Below, in pieces: positions 20,401 through 29,848 of a DNA stretch of 60,287 nt; the first letter of the stretch is position 1, and each line of letters starts with the position of its first letter. Source of the DNA: a virus (lineage: Duplodnaviria > Caudoviricetes); the IMG/VR virus record IMGVR_UViG_3300025132_000036, positions 1-60,287 of that record. The stretch is one strand, 5' to 3'. Under the pieces are notes generated by a model. The model worked only from the letters and a program-made list of their open reading frames with translations, made no database searches and was not told the DNA's origin. Both the position numbers and the translations under genes were made by a program.

Positions 20401-21371
20401 TCGCTGCGATTGGCGCATACACCGTGGCCAACCAAAAGCGCAACGAGTCCCTGCGTGAGTCTTCCGAGGTTGCGAAACAAGCAGCGGCCCACGCTCAGGA
20501 CATTCTGTCCGCCGACACTAAAGTCACGTCAAACGAAGGTTTGGTCGGGGCACTTGGTTTGACTACCAAATCGTTCGGTGAACTGAACGGTGACCTGCCG
20601 GAGATTCAGCGAAACATCGCCATACTTGAAGGCGCAATGGGCGACCTGAGTGCTGCAAACTTGGCTTCGGCACAAGCCGCGCTGACCAACCTGCGGGCAC
20701 TCGAAGCACTTAACACCGAAGGTTCTGCTATGCTCGACAAGCAGGCTTTCGAGGATGCGGCCGAGGCTTTGGGTAGCGGTACTGGCGAAGCGTTCCGCAC
20801 AATGTTTAGCAAGAACTTCTTTGGGACTGGCGACAAGCAGGTGCAAGAACTCATGGACCTGACGGGTACTGAGAAGGGAGTCGGTGGGTACTTGGACGCC
20901 ACCCTGCAAAACCTCATGGACGGACTCGTTGAGCAAATGAGGGACGGTACCAAACTCACGGCGGAGCAACTGGAATTGCTACCCAAGGTGTTCACCAAGG
21001 CCAACGCAGAACTGCTGACTGAAATGAACGGACTTGTGATTACGACGCTTGATGGCGAGGTAGCCTTGAGCAACCTTGCCGATAGCGGTATCAATGCGTC
21101 GGGGTCTATCGGTACATTGACCGATGACTTGGCGAACGCGAACCGTGAACTGCATGAGTTCGGTGACGCCAAAGAGGAACTGTTCTTCGGCGGCAAGTTC
21201 GGCAACGTGACGGGTTCGCTCTATAAACAGGTCGTACAGAAGGGCGTTGAGTCCCTGTACGTCACGAACGAGGTCATTATGACGAACAACTTCAACGGAT
21301 TTTTCAACGAAGAAGAGGCGGCTCGGCGCATCATCAATGTGCTGAACCGGCACCTCGAGGGACAAGTGTGA
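17484..21371 (+). CDS. Tail tape measure protein
   Basis: 1295 aa, helical and Ala-rich, TP901-like core 'GASGRALRMMYARL', hydrophobic segments. Confidence 0.9.
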   Translation: MARVGASQVFFNVVAQWNTEKLISDTRTASNVMQAVLVDSFEAVLKPIDDMNLLLDQAFEAMRAITEATQLAAVEFDKFYGDVPKGSNEIEHLTDRLTTLGEKYAVMGDEAILAGARAAQVGTLIGRQNVDILVDQANVLSQISDFDAPAAMKSLIALQQQTNALYGDMTRDDFNALTFSEQRMMLEENLMAMNNTLNTVANNSVALESDLVESMRNFAAQGHLVGDSFAEMAAMSAVLLEAGEEQGASGRALRMMYARLGGDISGARTKMEQMNVAILDENGNMKSMTEIMTALHEQGFSELSAARKQEIAQIVAGNRHYVRFLKLMENHGRFTELAALGEEGLAVATEQAETAMENLANQLLKVEAESENARAALGERMLPTMIGMEEATRDTLLALDGMASAFGSMFGEEGGEKVAKGLGRMVGGFRQMQGFVKFGLTIRSLSIASEMYQSVQRSLQDILVANENLHSKTATYLRFGEKANTAQQTLTKRIRFQHQEIAKILEHKRTIQTQLKVAEQARTPILDAQKRVIEATEMVEQKSIEHSVAQQRMKAQYLTILKRVNSEVMLEAEGMSNLGNAMQEIYGTGKATVKRDALLRQTQVDIEMTKRLTQSQKEAMVVQHERGRTQHIVMQRLKSFNELTRAFTFEQMDSNQKTRTNARLLKMSKQEVDALSAGMTQFAKRQELTKTGFIDTNNLMNIYAKVLRTNKVEGLELEQSLIKQAKAFGMTDASARNYVQGMDLTARITGFTQQEFEGLMRAMRDLLGEHMHFDQILKTMAHGGTFHSVAQALHTVTQELNDAENETFDATVAMMDLEKALTDAGFGASEYARLLRELQQSELKDAEARKELDRLTKMMTMDQELLNAAMEEYDIQMQEVQQRQMNLSANVNRQMGAVTFGLSNMLGTALFAMGKSEAAMGSIIMFAGSMIPAIKQTSKALGLMITDFGQMEKAARRATMASAGLNAVLMLGVAAIGAYTVANQKRNESLRESSEVAKQAAAHAQDILSADTKVTSNEGLVGALGLTTKSFGELNGDLPEIQRNIAILEGAMGDLSAANLASAQAALTNLRALEALNTEGSAMLDKQAFEDAAEALGSGTGEAFRTMFSKNFFGTGDKQVQELMDLTGTEKGVGGYLDATLQNLMDGLVEQMRDGTKLTAEQLELLPKVFTKANAELLTEMNGLVITTLDGEVALSNLADSGINASGSIGTLTDDLANANRELHEFGDAKEELFFGGKFGNVTGSLYKQVVQKGVESLYVTNEVIMTNNFNGFFNEEEAARRIINVLNRHLEGQV

Positions 21372-21384
21372 GAAGGCGAGAAAC

Positions 21385-24300
21385 ATGAGGACGGTTGCAC
21401 GACAATACACCTTCTGGCTTGCCGGCTACTATGACGACTTCATCGGTGCTCGTGCCGTCCCCGACGACATGAACACCGTGGACGCGGCGTGGAAGTCATC
21501 CAAGACGCACCACGGAAACCCCATCAACGGTTGGGCTTTGCTGAACCCTCGCTACGCCTACGCATGGTGTGAGCGTGGCGTGGCCACCGGTAGTGCGCGT
21601 TTCAACGGCAGCACGATTGCTACGGCAGACCAACACGAGCACAACGGCGGTTCGCATGAATGGCTCGGGTACGACGCTATCCGCCGAGGCGCAGGCAAGT
21701 ACGAGGGTATCGCTCAGTTGCAGTTCCCAGACTCCTTGACCAACGCCAACCGACAGAAGTTCGATGAGGGAACTGGGGTCATCGGCACCGCCTATGACTC
21801 GAGCGATGCGGTCGAGGGTTGGTTGCTTTTCTGCAACGGCTATAACACCTCGGGCCGGTACTACGCACCGACCGGCACGAACGACTCGACCTTTGGTCGG
21901 AGCGGCGCGGACTCGCCTGTTCGAGTTTCCTCCGGCACTACGTTGCACGCTGACGCAGGTATTCCCGGCGACGCCAATACGCCGACGACCGCCATCCGTA
22001 CGCACCTCGCCGGAGCCTATGCCGGCGAAATCACCGACTCATCCAACATCGCCACGCACCCGTACGAACTGGTGTACCCCATCCAGTCCCCCGCAGGTAA
22101 GCCCTTCTTGGTCACGGAAACCTACCACAACTCCGCGTCCTACACGCCCATTCTCGTCTATGACGGCACGCTGAACTCCAAGGGTGACGGCGACACGTTC
22201 ACCATGCGTATCTGTACCTTTGCCGTGGACAACTCGACCATGAAGTTCAAGGTCAAGATTGGGTGCGACGGTACGGCCATGACCTCGAGCGCGTCAGGTG
22301 ATTCGACCTACACCCACGCTGCTATTGAGTACGAGATTACCCCGTCTGCCTACGTCACCAAGAGTGGCGGCGGAACGTACTCAGAACCCGCCAGTCCGTG
22401 GGACGACTATGACTTCGTGCTGAACTATACCGCAGGCACGTACGACGTGGTGAAGAACGGCACCACGGTGTCCACCGGCAACTCGATGGGTACCAATGCA
22501 GCAGGCGCTGCTTTCACCGCAGCCACGATGTATGGGTGGGCGGTCGAAGCCAAGAACTCTTCCAAGAAGTCCACGCTGCTCGTTGACCGTGTAGGTCTTA
22601 TCAGGCCCCTTAACGATAACCCCAAGGGCACGACCATGCCGGCTGCTCACAAGATGACGTACTCCTCAGCGGTCAACGCCTCCTCGTCCATGACCGTCGG
22701 TCTGGTTGACGACGATAACACGCTGAAACTGCTTGCCCTGTTTAGTGGCTCAGCGTATTCCGAATGGTCCTTGATGATGTTTAGGGACAACATTGACCGT
22801 CCCATTTGGCGAGGTGGTCTCACGGGTATGACGTATCAGCAGAACGCGGCTGACCGTACGCCAACCATCAACCTGACCGCCGAGGACTATTCCCGATGGC
22901 TCGAGAACCAACTGCCGACTTGGGAAGCCACAGGCGGTGGTGACCCTGATTCGACCGAAGCAAGCGCCTATGACCGCGCTGAGTCACAAGGGCACTTGGA
23001 ACTGTACTACTTCGGCGCAAGCCGTCTGCAAGAGGCCAACGCGACTCTTGGTTTCAATGAGGCGGTGGACGGGAGCGGGAACTTCTTCGAGCATTTGGAC
23101 TCGCGTATGCGCAACCGTTCAGCACACCCCATTCAACTGTACATGAACGAGGATGACGACGGACCTGACGACGCAGAAAACAACTGGGAGGCCGCTATCA
23201 CCGCAGGCCATGCTACGTCTGCTGCTCAGCATCGAGTACTACACGCACGGTGGATGCGGGACCTCAAAGAGAGCGACTGGTTCAAGCATACGTTCGCTCG
23301 AATTGGGAAGGACCCACAGGTCACCGCCACACTTGGTTCGACATTCACGGTCGGAGATACGTCGTTGACGGTAGCCGGACCTGCTCCGGGCCTGCTGAGT
23401 GGCGGTAGCATCGAGTTCGTGGATAGTCTCGGAAACGTGGATAGTGGGGTCATCAGTTCCGCCACGATTGCGAACACAACCAATGGTCCTTGGAAGGTCG
23501 TGTTCATCACCAAGAAGGGCGGTACCGGTACCAACCGACAGTTCTATGCGAACGTCAGGTTCACCGGGTCAATCGCGGGGTCTGCTCGAAATGTGCCGGC
23601 TAAGGGAGACAAGGTGGTGTTTGATGGATTCTCAGGTTCCTTTGAGTTCCTTAACCGCGAATACACCATGGGTACACGAGGTTCGTCTGACCTACCGCTG
23701 ACTTCTCTGCATTCGTCACTTGGAGGTACTGGTACCACGTACGAGTACGGCCTGTACGTGGACGGTCAGCGTGTTGTGTATGCAAGCGACCCGACGGGTA
23801 CGTTCACTTCGGCCTCCAACACAGGTGTCGTCAAGTACCACTCACAAGGCACAACCGGAGCCACCGCGCATTGGGGCGACACAACCTGTACCCTGCCGGC
23901 TACGAACTTCTTCAAGCGCAACCATGAGTCAGGCGAGACCATCAACGTACGCTCTTTGAGCGACGACTTCAAGCACGTGTGGATTCTGTGGTCTGATATG
24001 CGGAACAACGGAGAAGCCGACGCAGACGCAGGGTTCCGCAAAAAGGAGTTCGGTCTCATTGCACCGTACTCCTCGAACTACTCGGTGTCCATTGGCTATG
24101 CCGAAGACGATATCGGCAACGACTCAGAGCGCACCCAGTTTGTGGACTTGTCCATCGGTGACGAAGTGGACCTGTGGGAACTTGACGCCACCACCGACCC
24201 CATCACAGGGGCTGCTTGGTCCACCGGTAACTCCGACGCCGAGTCCAGCGCCATCTATCACGACTGGGCGTCTAAGGCCGGTTCGTTCGTTCTGTTCGAT

Positions 24301-27300
24301 ACGTCACGATTCTTCAACCTCAACACCTACACCAACGGCGGCAAGACTGGACAAGTCAGCGGCGGCAACCGAGAGGTCGGTGACTTCTTGGTTGAGACTG
24401 AAGGTTTCCCGGTGCTGATTGATAACTACTGGACGAAGGCACCCACGATGCCGAACAACCTGTTGGACCCGTCCGGCTTCGCCACGAACTACACCAAACT
24501 CGACAACCGCGTGACCCGACTACACACGCACATTTCTGTGGGGAACAACTACATTCAGACCAAGGAGAACATCTTTGGTGACTACCTCGGGACCGCCGAC
24601 TTGCGTGTCGGTATGATTCGAGCCGAAGAACAGAACGCGGTCTTCCATTTGGCGTACAGTCAACGCATCCCTGCTATCAGCAACGTGGACTATTACGTGG
24701 ATGCGGCAGCGAACGAACTGACCATGTACGTCACGTCGAGCAGCCACACGCTCGAAGAACGCAACTACATGCAGTACTTCTATGGCGTGGGAATGGAAAT
24801 CACCATCAGCGGCGCGACGACCTCTTCGCTCAACGGTACGTACCGCATCACCGGTAGCACCGAGGTTGAGTTCGGGGTCGGGTCCGGTGAGTACGGGTTC
24901 ACCATTGTGGACGACTCGTTCACAACTGGCGTGACCAAGGGAGCCGGGGAAGATGCTGATATCGTCCCCACGTTCTTTGCCCATCGTCTGTATTTTTGCG
25001 GTGACTTGGGCCAAGATGTGCCCGGCACTTCTGCCCCCGGAGAATGGGACGGTACAGGATATGGCGGCACCAATTCTGCTGACGCCTTGGTCACGGCCTT
25101 GGCCGGTGTTAGTTTGGCCACTAAGCCCGGAGCAACAGTACCCATCACGGCTACCTCGTACCCTAACGCCTTGGTGTATGAGGGACTGAGCGGCATTTGG
25201 CCAATGCGTATGCTTATGACGCTCAACGGCTTCATTCGCAACCCGGCGTCCATGACGTTCAACGAGAGCGACAAGGTGCGTGCGGCGTACATTGACGCTA
25301 TCACCGACAACTGGCTTACCCAGTCCACCGTGTTTGGTTTGCCCGGCATCAACTCCGTGCCGGTTAGCGGCAACATGAACGTGGGACTGAAGGGTCGAGT
25401 GAGCGGCGGCGGAGAAGCAAACAATGGTGGAGACATTGCGTCTTGCGTTATCTTGAGCAACGTGGCTACCATTGACTGTGCCCCTACCCCACACGGCCTT
25501 GCTACCGGTGATGTTGTGGAACTCATCGAACTCTCATCTTTGGCCAAGACCGCTGCGGACAAGAACCGCAAGACCTACACCGTCACGGTCACGACACCTA
25601 CGGCGTTCACGGTGCCGGCTACCGGTATCGCCAACGCCACCCACCTCAACGAAGGATTTTGGCGACCTCGTGGTCAGGTTGATACGTTCGGTTCGCTCAG
25701 CGATATGCGCGGCTCTTCGTTCCTCGACATTCTCATGTCGTCGTCAAAGACGGCGGGCATCGGTGAAACCTTCGGTACTCGTGCGGCCTATCTGACGCAC
25801 ATCGGCAGGGACGCTCAGCCGGCTCTCCGTCCTACCTACGGTAGTGGGTGGGTGTTTGACCGAAACAACCTGCATATCTCCTCGATGAGCACCGAAAGCA
25901 CGACACAGGCAAACAACGTCAGGGTGTACTATGCCGGACGTACCGCGTATGTGGACTACCCCGGAGCGTCGGTGGGTTCAGCCTACCGATGGACTGTCGA
26001 GGAAGCACCACAGATTCGCTCCAGTCAGGAAGCCTTGGCGTTCGCTAAGCAAACCTATGAGCGCATTCGAGAAGCACCGCTTGGTATTCAGGCTGAGATT
26101 GTTCGGCAAGACGACTACCTCAACCTCATGCTCGACGGAGCACGCTACGGCTACATTGCCGACGTTTCCCGCACGAGCCTGCGTTCTCACGACGGCAGCA
26201 GTACCTTCACAGACAAGCCTTGGGCTTGGTGTTCCCTGCACGGCGGCAACCTGTTCCCCGGCATGGTGAACGCTCTCGATGGACGAGATGGAGGCGCTAC
26301 CGTTCAGACTGGTTCGTCTGTGGCCGTATCGAACAATTACTTCTGGTACGGGGCCAACAGTCTGTCCTACGCGGTACAGGTCGTCCACATCCCCCGCAAC
26401 ATGCCCAAGACCACCGAGACCGGAGTGTCCTCCGGCGAAACCAAGGGTGACGGCAACCTGCGGATTGCCGTTGAACTGCACGACACCACCACCGTTCCGT
26501 CAGACTTCTCGAACTGCAAGTTCGTGGTCCGTCTGATTGACTACAAGTACGACCAAAGGACCATGGCTGCTACGCATCGCTCCGACACGACGGTCATCGT
26601 GGACTCCAACGGGTTCTATGAAATCGGCGTTCCCTCGACGTACTGGTCCACCGCTGCCGGTGGAGAGAAGGTCATCATCAGCGTCAACCACGATTACTTG
26701 GTGGCGTTGGTCCGAGAACGCTGCGGTTCGAGCAACCAAACCAAGAACGCTCACAACTACACAGGCGTGACCTGTACGGCCAACGGCACCAATACAGACA
26801 GTATCTTCCCCCTCGGAGTCCGGGCCTTCGGTTCTGCCGACTACTGGGAGGGACGAGCCGAATGGTACGCCCCACGCCTGCACGTCACAGACGACGTGAA
26901 CTTCACGGTCGGAACAACTGTTTCCTACACGGATTCGGTTCTTGGTTTGACCGACACGCCGATGGCCATTCGCACTATCAACTGGTCACAGGATGGACGC
27001 AACCGCGAAAAGGTCGCCCTGACCCTTGAGCGCGACGTGACCCGCAAGGCAAAGACCTTTGCGTCCTACATTCGCCGCGAGGCACCACGCTCACCTTCCG
27101 GTGGCGGTAGCGGTGGCGGTGGCGTTGACGCCGTGACCCCACCCGGTGGCTCTGGTCGTGGTCGTGGTGGCGGCACTATCAACGATGGCGCTTTCCCCGG
27201 CAGCGGTGCCGGGTTTGGTGGTGTTGGTGGCGCGGTGCGCGGCAGCGCGTTCGTTCCGATTCGCAACGCAAATTCTTTCGGCAACTCTGACGGAACATCG

Positions 27301-27945
27301 TTCGGTAGCAACAACATGGCGACTCTTCCCTCTTCGGCCTTCAGCGCAGGCGCACTTGGTCGCATCAAGGGTACTGGTTCTTTCCCTGCTGACTCGTTGA
27401 CTGGTGGTCGCTTGGCTATGCCGGGCCAGAACAAGCCCGGATTCTCGCCACGCAACATGGACGGCATCGAAGGACTCGACTCCACGATTCAACCATTGAG
27501 CGGTGAGTCTTTGCTTGGTGGCGAAGGTATGGTCTTCCCCGGTGGGGTGGACGGAGCCAGTACACACACCGCCATGCAGGTGCGCGGAAGGGTGCCGTCT
27601 AACCCGGCAAGCACCACGGTGCGAGTCACGGCAAGGGCGACCATGGGAGCAGCGTCAGGGAGCGCCGTCCTGTACGTTTCTGTCCGTTGTCCCGAGACCG
27701 ACGACACGTCCGAGACTCAGACGGTGACCATCAACTCCTTAACCAATGGTTCAGTAGTTCTGTTCCGTGGCGAGGTCGTGGGCGCTGACGTGGCCGGCAA
27801 CACCTTGGAAGTCACCATCGAGCGTGAGCCCGGAACAGGTAGCGATAGTGCCCAGTACGGCTCAGTCACGCTGCACAACATCAGCGTCAGCGTGGACACA
27901 CGGTCTGTGTCCGGGGGAACTTCGTCCTCCGGCCTGTCCTACTGA
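21385..27945 (+). CDS. Giant tail tip/hub-adhesin protein (2186 aa)
   Basis: Follows TMP; Thr/Gly/Ser-rich beta domains, Gly-rich linker near the C-terminus. Confidence 0.75.
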   Translation: MRTVARQYTFWLAGYYDDFIGARAVPDDMNTVDAAWKSSKTHHGNPINGWALLNPRYAYAWCERGVATGSARFNGSTIATADQHEHNGGSHEWLGYDAIRRGAGKYEGIAQLQFPDSLTNANRQKFDEGTGVIGTAYDSSDAVEGWLLFCNGYNTSGRYYAPTGTNDSTFGRSGADSPVRVSSGTTLHADAGIPGDANTPTTAIRTHLAGAYAGEITDSSNIATHPYELVYPIQSPAGKPFLVTETYHNSASYTPILVYDGTLNSKGDGDTFTMRICTFAVDNSTMKFKVKIGCDGTAMTSSASGDSTYTHAAIEYEITPSAYVTKSGGGTYSEPASPWDDYDFVLNYTAGTYDVVKNGTTVSTGNSMGTNAAGAAFTAATMYGWAVEAKNSSKKSTLLVDRVGLIRPLNDNPKGTTMPAAHKMTYSSAVNASSSMTVGLVDDDNTLKLLALFSGSAYSEWSLMMFRDNIDRPIWRGGLTGMTYQQNAADRTPTINLTAEDYSRWLENQLPTWEATGGGDPDSTEASAYDRAESQGHLELYYFGASRLQEANATLGFNEAVDGSGNFFEHLDSRMRNRSAHPIQLYMNEDDDGPDDAENNWEAAITAGHATSAAQHRVLHARWMRDLKESDWFKHTFARIGKDPQVTATLGSTFTVGDTSLTVAGPAPGLLSGGSIEFVDSLGNVDSGVISSATIANTTNGPWKVVFITKKGGTGTNRQFYANVRFTGSIAGSARNVPAKGDKVVFDGFSGSFEFLNREYTMGTRGSSDLPLTSLHSSLGGTGTTYEYGLYVDGQRVVYASDPTGTFTSASNTGVVKYHSQGTTGATAHWGDTTCTLPATNFFKRNHESGETINVRSLSDDFKHVWILWSDMRNNGEADADAGFRKKEFGLIAPYSSNYSVSIGYAEDDIGNDSERTQFVDLSIGDEVDLWELDATTDPITGAAWSTGNSDAESSAIYHDWASKAGSFVLFDTSRFFNLNTYTNGGKTGQVSGGNREVGDFLVETEGFPVLIDNYWTKAPTMPNNLLDPSGFATNYTKLDNRVTRLHTHISVGNNYIQTKENIFGDYLGTADLRVGMIRAEEQNAVFHLAYSQRIPAISNVDYYVDAAANELTMYVTSSSHTLEERNYMQYFYGVGMEITISGATTSSLNGTYRITGSTEVEFGVGSGEYGFTIVDDSFTTGVTKGAGEDADIVPTFFAHRLYFCGDLGQDVPGTSAPGEWDGTGYGGTNSADALVTALAGVSLATKPGATVPITATSYPNALVYEGLSGIWPMRMLMTLNGFIRNPASMTFNESDKVRAAYIDAITDNWLTQSTVFGLPGINSVPVSGNMNVGLKGRVSGGGEANNGGDIASCVILSNVATIDCAPTPHGLATGDVVELIELSSLAKTAADKNRKTYTVTVTTPTAFTVPATGIANATHLNEGFWRPRGQVDTFGSLSDMRGSSFLDILMSSSKTAGIGETFGTRAAYLTHIGRDAQPALRPTYGSGWVFDRNNLHISSMSTESTTQANNVRVYYAGRTAYVDYPGASVGSAYRWTVEEAPQIRSSQEALAFAKQTYERIREAPLGIQAEIVRQDDYLNLMLDGARYGYIADVSRTSLRSHDGSSTFTDKPWAWCSLHGGNLFPGMVNALDGRDGGATVQTGSSVAVSNNYFWYGANSLSYAVQVVHIPRNMPKTTETGVSSGETKGDGNLRIAVELHDTTTVPSDFSNCKFVVRLIDYKYDQRTMAATHRSDTTVIVDSNGFYEIGVPSTYWSTAAGGEKVIISVNHDYLVALVRERCGSSNQTKNAHNYTGVTCTANGTNTDSIFPLGVRAFGSADYWEGRAEWYAPRLHVTDDVNFTVGTTVSYTDSVLGLTDTPMAIRTINWSQDGRNREKVALTLERDVTRKAKTFASYIRREAPRSPSGGGSGGGGVDAVTPPGGSGRGRGGGTINDGAFPGSGAGFGGVGGAVRGSAFVPIRNANSFGNSDGTSFGSNNMATLPSSAFSAGALGRIKGTGSFPADSLTGGRLAMPGQNKPGFSPRNMDGIEGLDSTIQPLSGESLLGGEGMVFPGGVDGASTHTAMQVRGRVPSNPASTTVRVTARATMGAASGSAVLYVSVRCPETDDTSETQTVTINSLTNGSVVLFRGEVVGADVAGNTLEVTIEREPGTGSDSAQYGSVTLHNISVSVDTRSVSGGTSSSGLSY

Positions 27946-28673
27946 GTCTTTGTGGTTCGGTCTGGTTGGTCCGGGTAGCGTTCACGTAGGGCGAGAATGG
28001 CCTTAGCACGCTTGCGTCCGATACCCTCGATTTCCATGAGCGAACGCTGCGTCGTCCTCGCTCGGAGGATGCGAGGCAGAGAGCCGAACTCTTTGAGCAA
28101 GTCATGTGCCGCACGTGGCGATACTCCCTCGATTGACGATAGGGCAGCGACACGCGGGTCCACATTCTTTGGTGCCCGCGATACCTCGGGTGGAGCAGCC
28201 GTGGTGATACGACGCTGACGCATGTAGTGGTGCATCCCACCGAGCCAGTCCACGAACTCATCCATGCTACCCAGTTCCATGTACTGAAGGTTGGGAAACT
28301 GAAGCAGTACGGTCTGCTTGAACCGCTTGATGACCGCAGCCATCTTTTTCATCTCACGAGCAATCTGCGTGCGATTGCCTCGTCCACCGGGGAACCACGG
28401 CTTGAGTTTGGTGTTATAGACGACAAGCATGGGTCGCTCGAAGGTTTCGCACAGGTCATGCAGTTGACCGATAATCGTACGGCTGCGACCATGCCCCATG
28501 ATAGAATGATACAGGTCGTTAATCTCTTTGGCCTCGATGCCGATTTCTCCGATGACGTAATCACCCGATTGCATACGCTTGACCTTGACTATGCCTCGGG
28601 CATCAGCATCACCGTGAGCGGCGATGAGTTTATGGATGAGAATATCGTTCTCGCGGTCATCCACAAGCAACAT
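27939..28673 (-). CDS. ERCC4/XPF-family nuclease with tandem HhH (Hef-like)
   Basis: 'VDDRE', 'GDYVI...IEAK...DL..SI..GR', C-terminal 'IEGVS' and 'IEGIG' HhH motifs. Confidence 0.88.
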   Translation of the reverse strand: MLLVDDRENDILIHKLIAAHGDADARGIVKVKRMQSGDYVIGEIGIEAKEINDLYHSIMGHGRSRTIIGQLHDLCETFERPMLVVYNTKLKPWFPGGRGNRTQIAREMKKMAAVIKRFKQTVLLQFPNLQYMELGSMDEFVDWLGGMHHYMRQRRITTAAPPEVSRAPKNVDPRVAALSSIEGVSPRAAHDLLKEFGSLPRILRARTTQRSLMEIEGIGRKRAKAILALRERYPDQPDRTTKTQ

Positions 28674-28688
28674 TGTTTGTGCGTATGG

Positions 28689-29708
28689 TCAGGGGGCTTT
28701 AACCTTACAGGTCCCGTCGTAGCGCCAACACTTGCCGGTACACATCGAGCGTGCGTTGAACCAAGCACAGGAGGGTACACGGGGGTAGCGCATGTTGGTA
28801 CGAATACCCTTGCGGCTCACACGTGCGTCCCAGTTAGACCAATGCAGGCTCTTGATGTAGTCGAAGATGGTGTCCTCGATGACGAGTCGCTGCTCCTTGG
28901 GGATGGCGTCGGGGTGTGCGTAGTCACGCAGCGTATCGGCCATATGCTGAACAAGCGCCACACGCACATGGTGACTCGGGTTTTCGTCGTGAATCGCACG
29001 GGCCAAACACGGCATCAACGGAACATCTCCGGCTTCCAACATGGAAGCATCCAATTCCACGCGCTCAGGACCCCCATAGTCCTCGTCTAAGGGCGTGTAG
29101 GTACCCAACCATCCCCGGAAGTCAAACGCGCCCTCAGAGGGGCCTCCAAAGGGGTGTTTTGCTTTGGTCGTCAAGTCGGGTTGGTTGGGGATGCGAAACC
29201 CCATAGGGTCGTCTTTGAACTCATTAGGGCTGATAACGACCGCCCAACGCCCCCGCTTGGGGTTGAAGGTGTTGGGGATGCGCGTCAATTTTTCGTGGAA
29301 GCCTACGCCGTCGAGCGTGACCAGTCCTCGGGCCATGCGCCTTTGGTACGCCTCAAGGGGCTGACGCATTTCACGCCCACGCACAGGCTCGCTGAACATT
29401 TGGTGGACGTGGAACCCACGTCCTGTGGCCACAAGCCTAACGTCTGTATCGCCAAGACGACGCAGCAATTCAGCCACGTCCTGCTTGACCTGTTCGATGC
29501 CGCCACGCTCACCCATGTCGAAGTCCCACCAAGCGCGGTCAATGACCGCCGAAGTGTAGTCCGCTCGTCCTTCTTCGTTCAGTCGCTCAAAGGAGTACAG
29601 ACTGGTGTAGCACGACGTGCGCGAACCCATACGGTTCACGTAGTGGTCGTAGTCGTGTTGGCTTCGTACGAGGGCTCGCTTCAGACCAATTTCCCGAGGG
29701 AAGTTCAC
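28689..29708 (-). CDS. Archaeo-eukaryotic primase, PriS fused to PriL Fe-S-like domain
   Basis: 'WDFD', 'TGRGFHV', 'TRIPNT'; C-terminal 'MPC...H..R...PSC...C...C'. Confidence 0.88.
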   Translation of the reverse strand: MNFPREIGLKRALVRSQHDYDHYVNRMGSRTSCYTSLYSFERLNEEGRADYTSAVIDRAWWDFDMGERGGIEQVKQDVAELLRRLGDTDVRLVATGRGFHVHQMFSEPVRGREMRQPLEAYQRRMARGLVTLDGVGFHEKLTRIPNTFNPKRGRWAVVISPNEFKDDPMGFRIPNQPDLTTKAKHPFGGPSEGAFDFRGWLGTYTPLDEDYGGPERVELDASMLEAGDVPLMPCLARAIHDENPSHHVRVALVQHMADTLRDYAHPDAIPKEQRLVIEDTIFDYIKSLHWSNWDARVSRKGIRTNMRYPRVPSCAWFNARSMCTGKCWRYDGTCKVKAP

Positions 29709-29848
29709 CGCAGTTCACCCTTCCACTTGTGGCCACAGTCCTTACACTCGTGGACCGCAATGGTCTGTTCATGGGCACCTTCTTGTCCCATCACCAATCG
29801 CATGGCGTGGGTTTCAAACCGTTCCGAGTTACACTTGTCGCACTTCAT
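29705..29848 (-). CDS. 47-aa TFIIS/TFS-C-like zinc ribbon, not in the ORF track
   Basis: MKCDKCNSERFETHAMRLVMGQEGAHEQTIAVHECKDCGHKWKGELR; 4-nt overlaps at both ends. Confidence 0.7.
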   Translation of the reverse strand: MKCDKCNSERFETHAMRLVMGQEGAHEQTIAVHECKDCGHKWKGELR

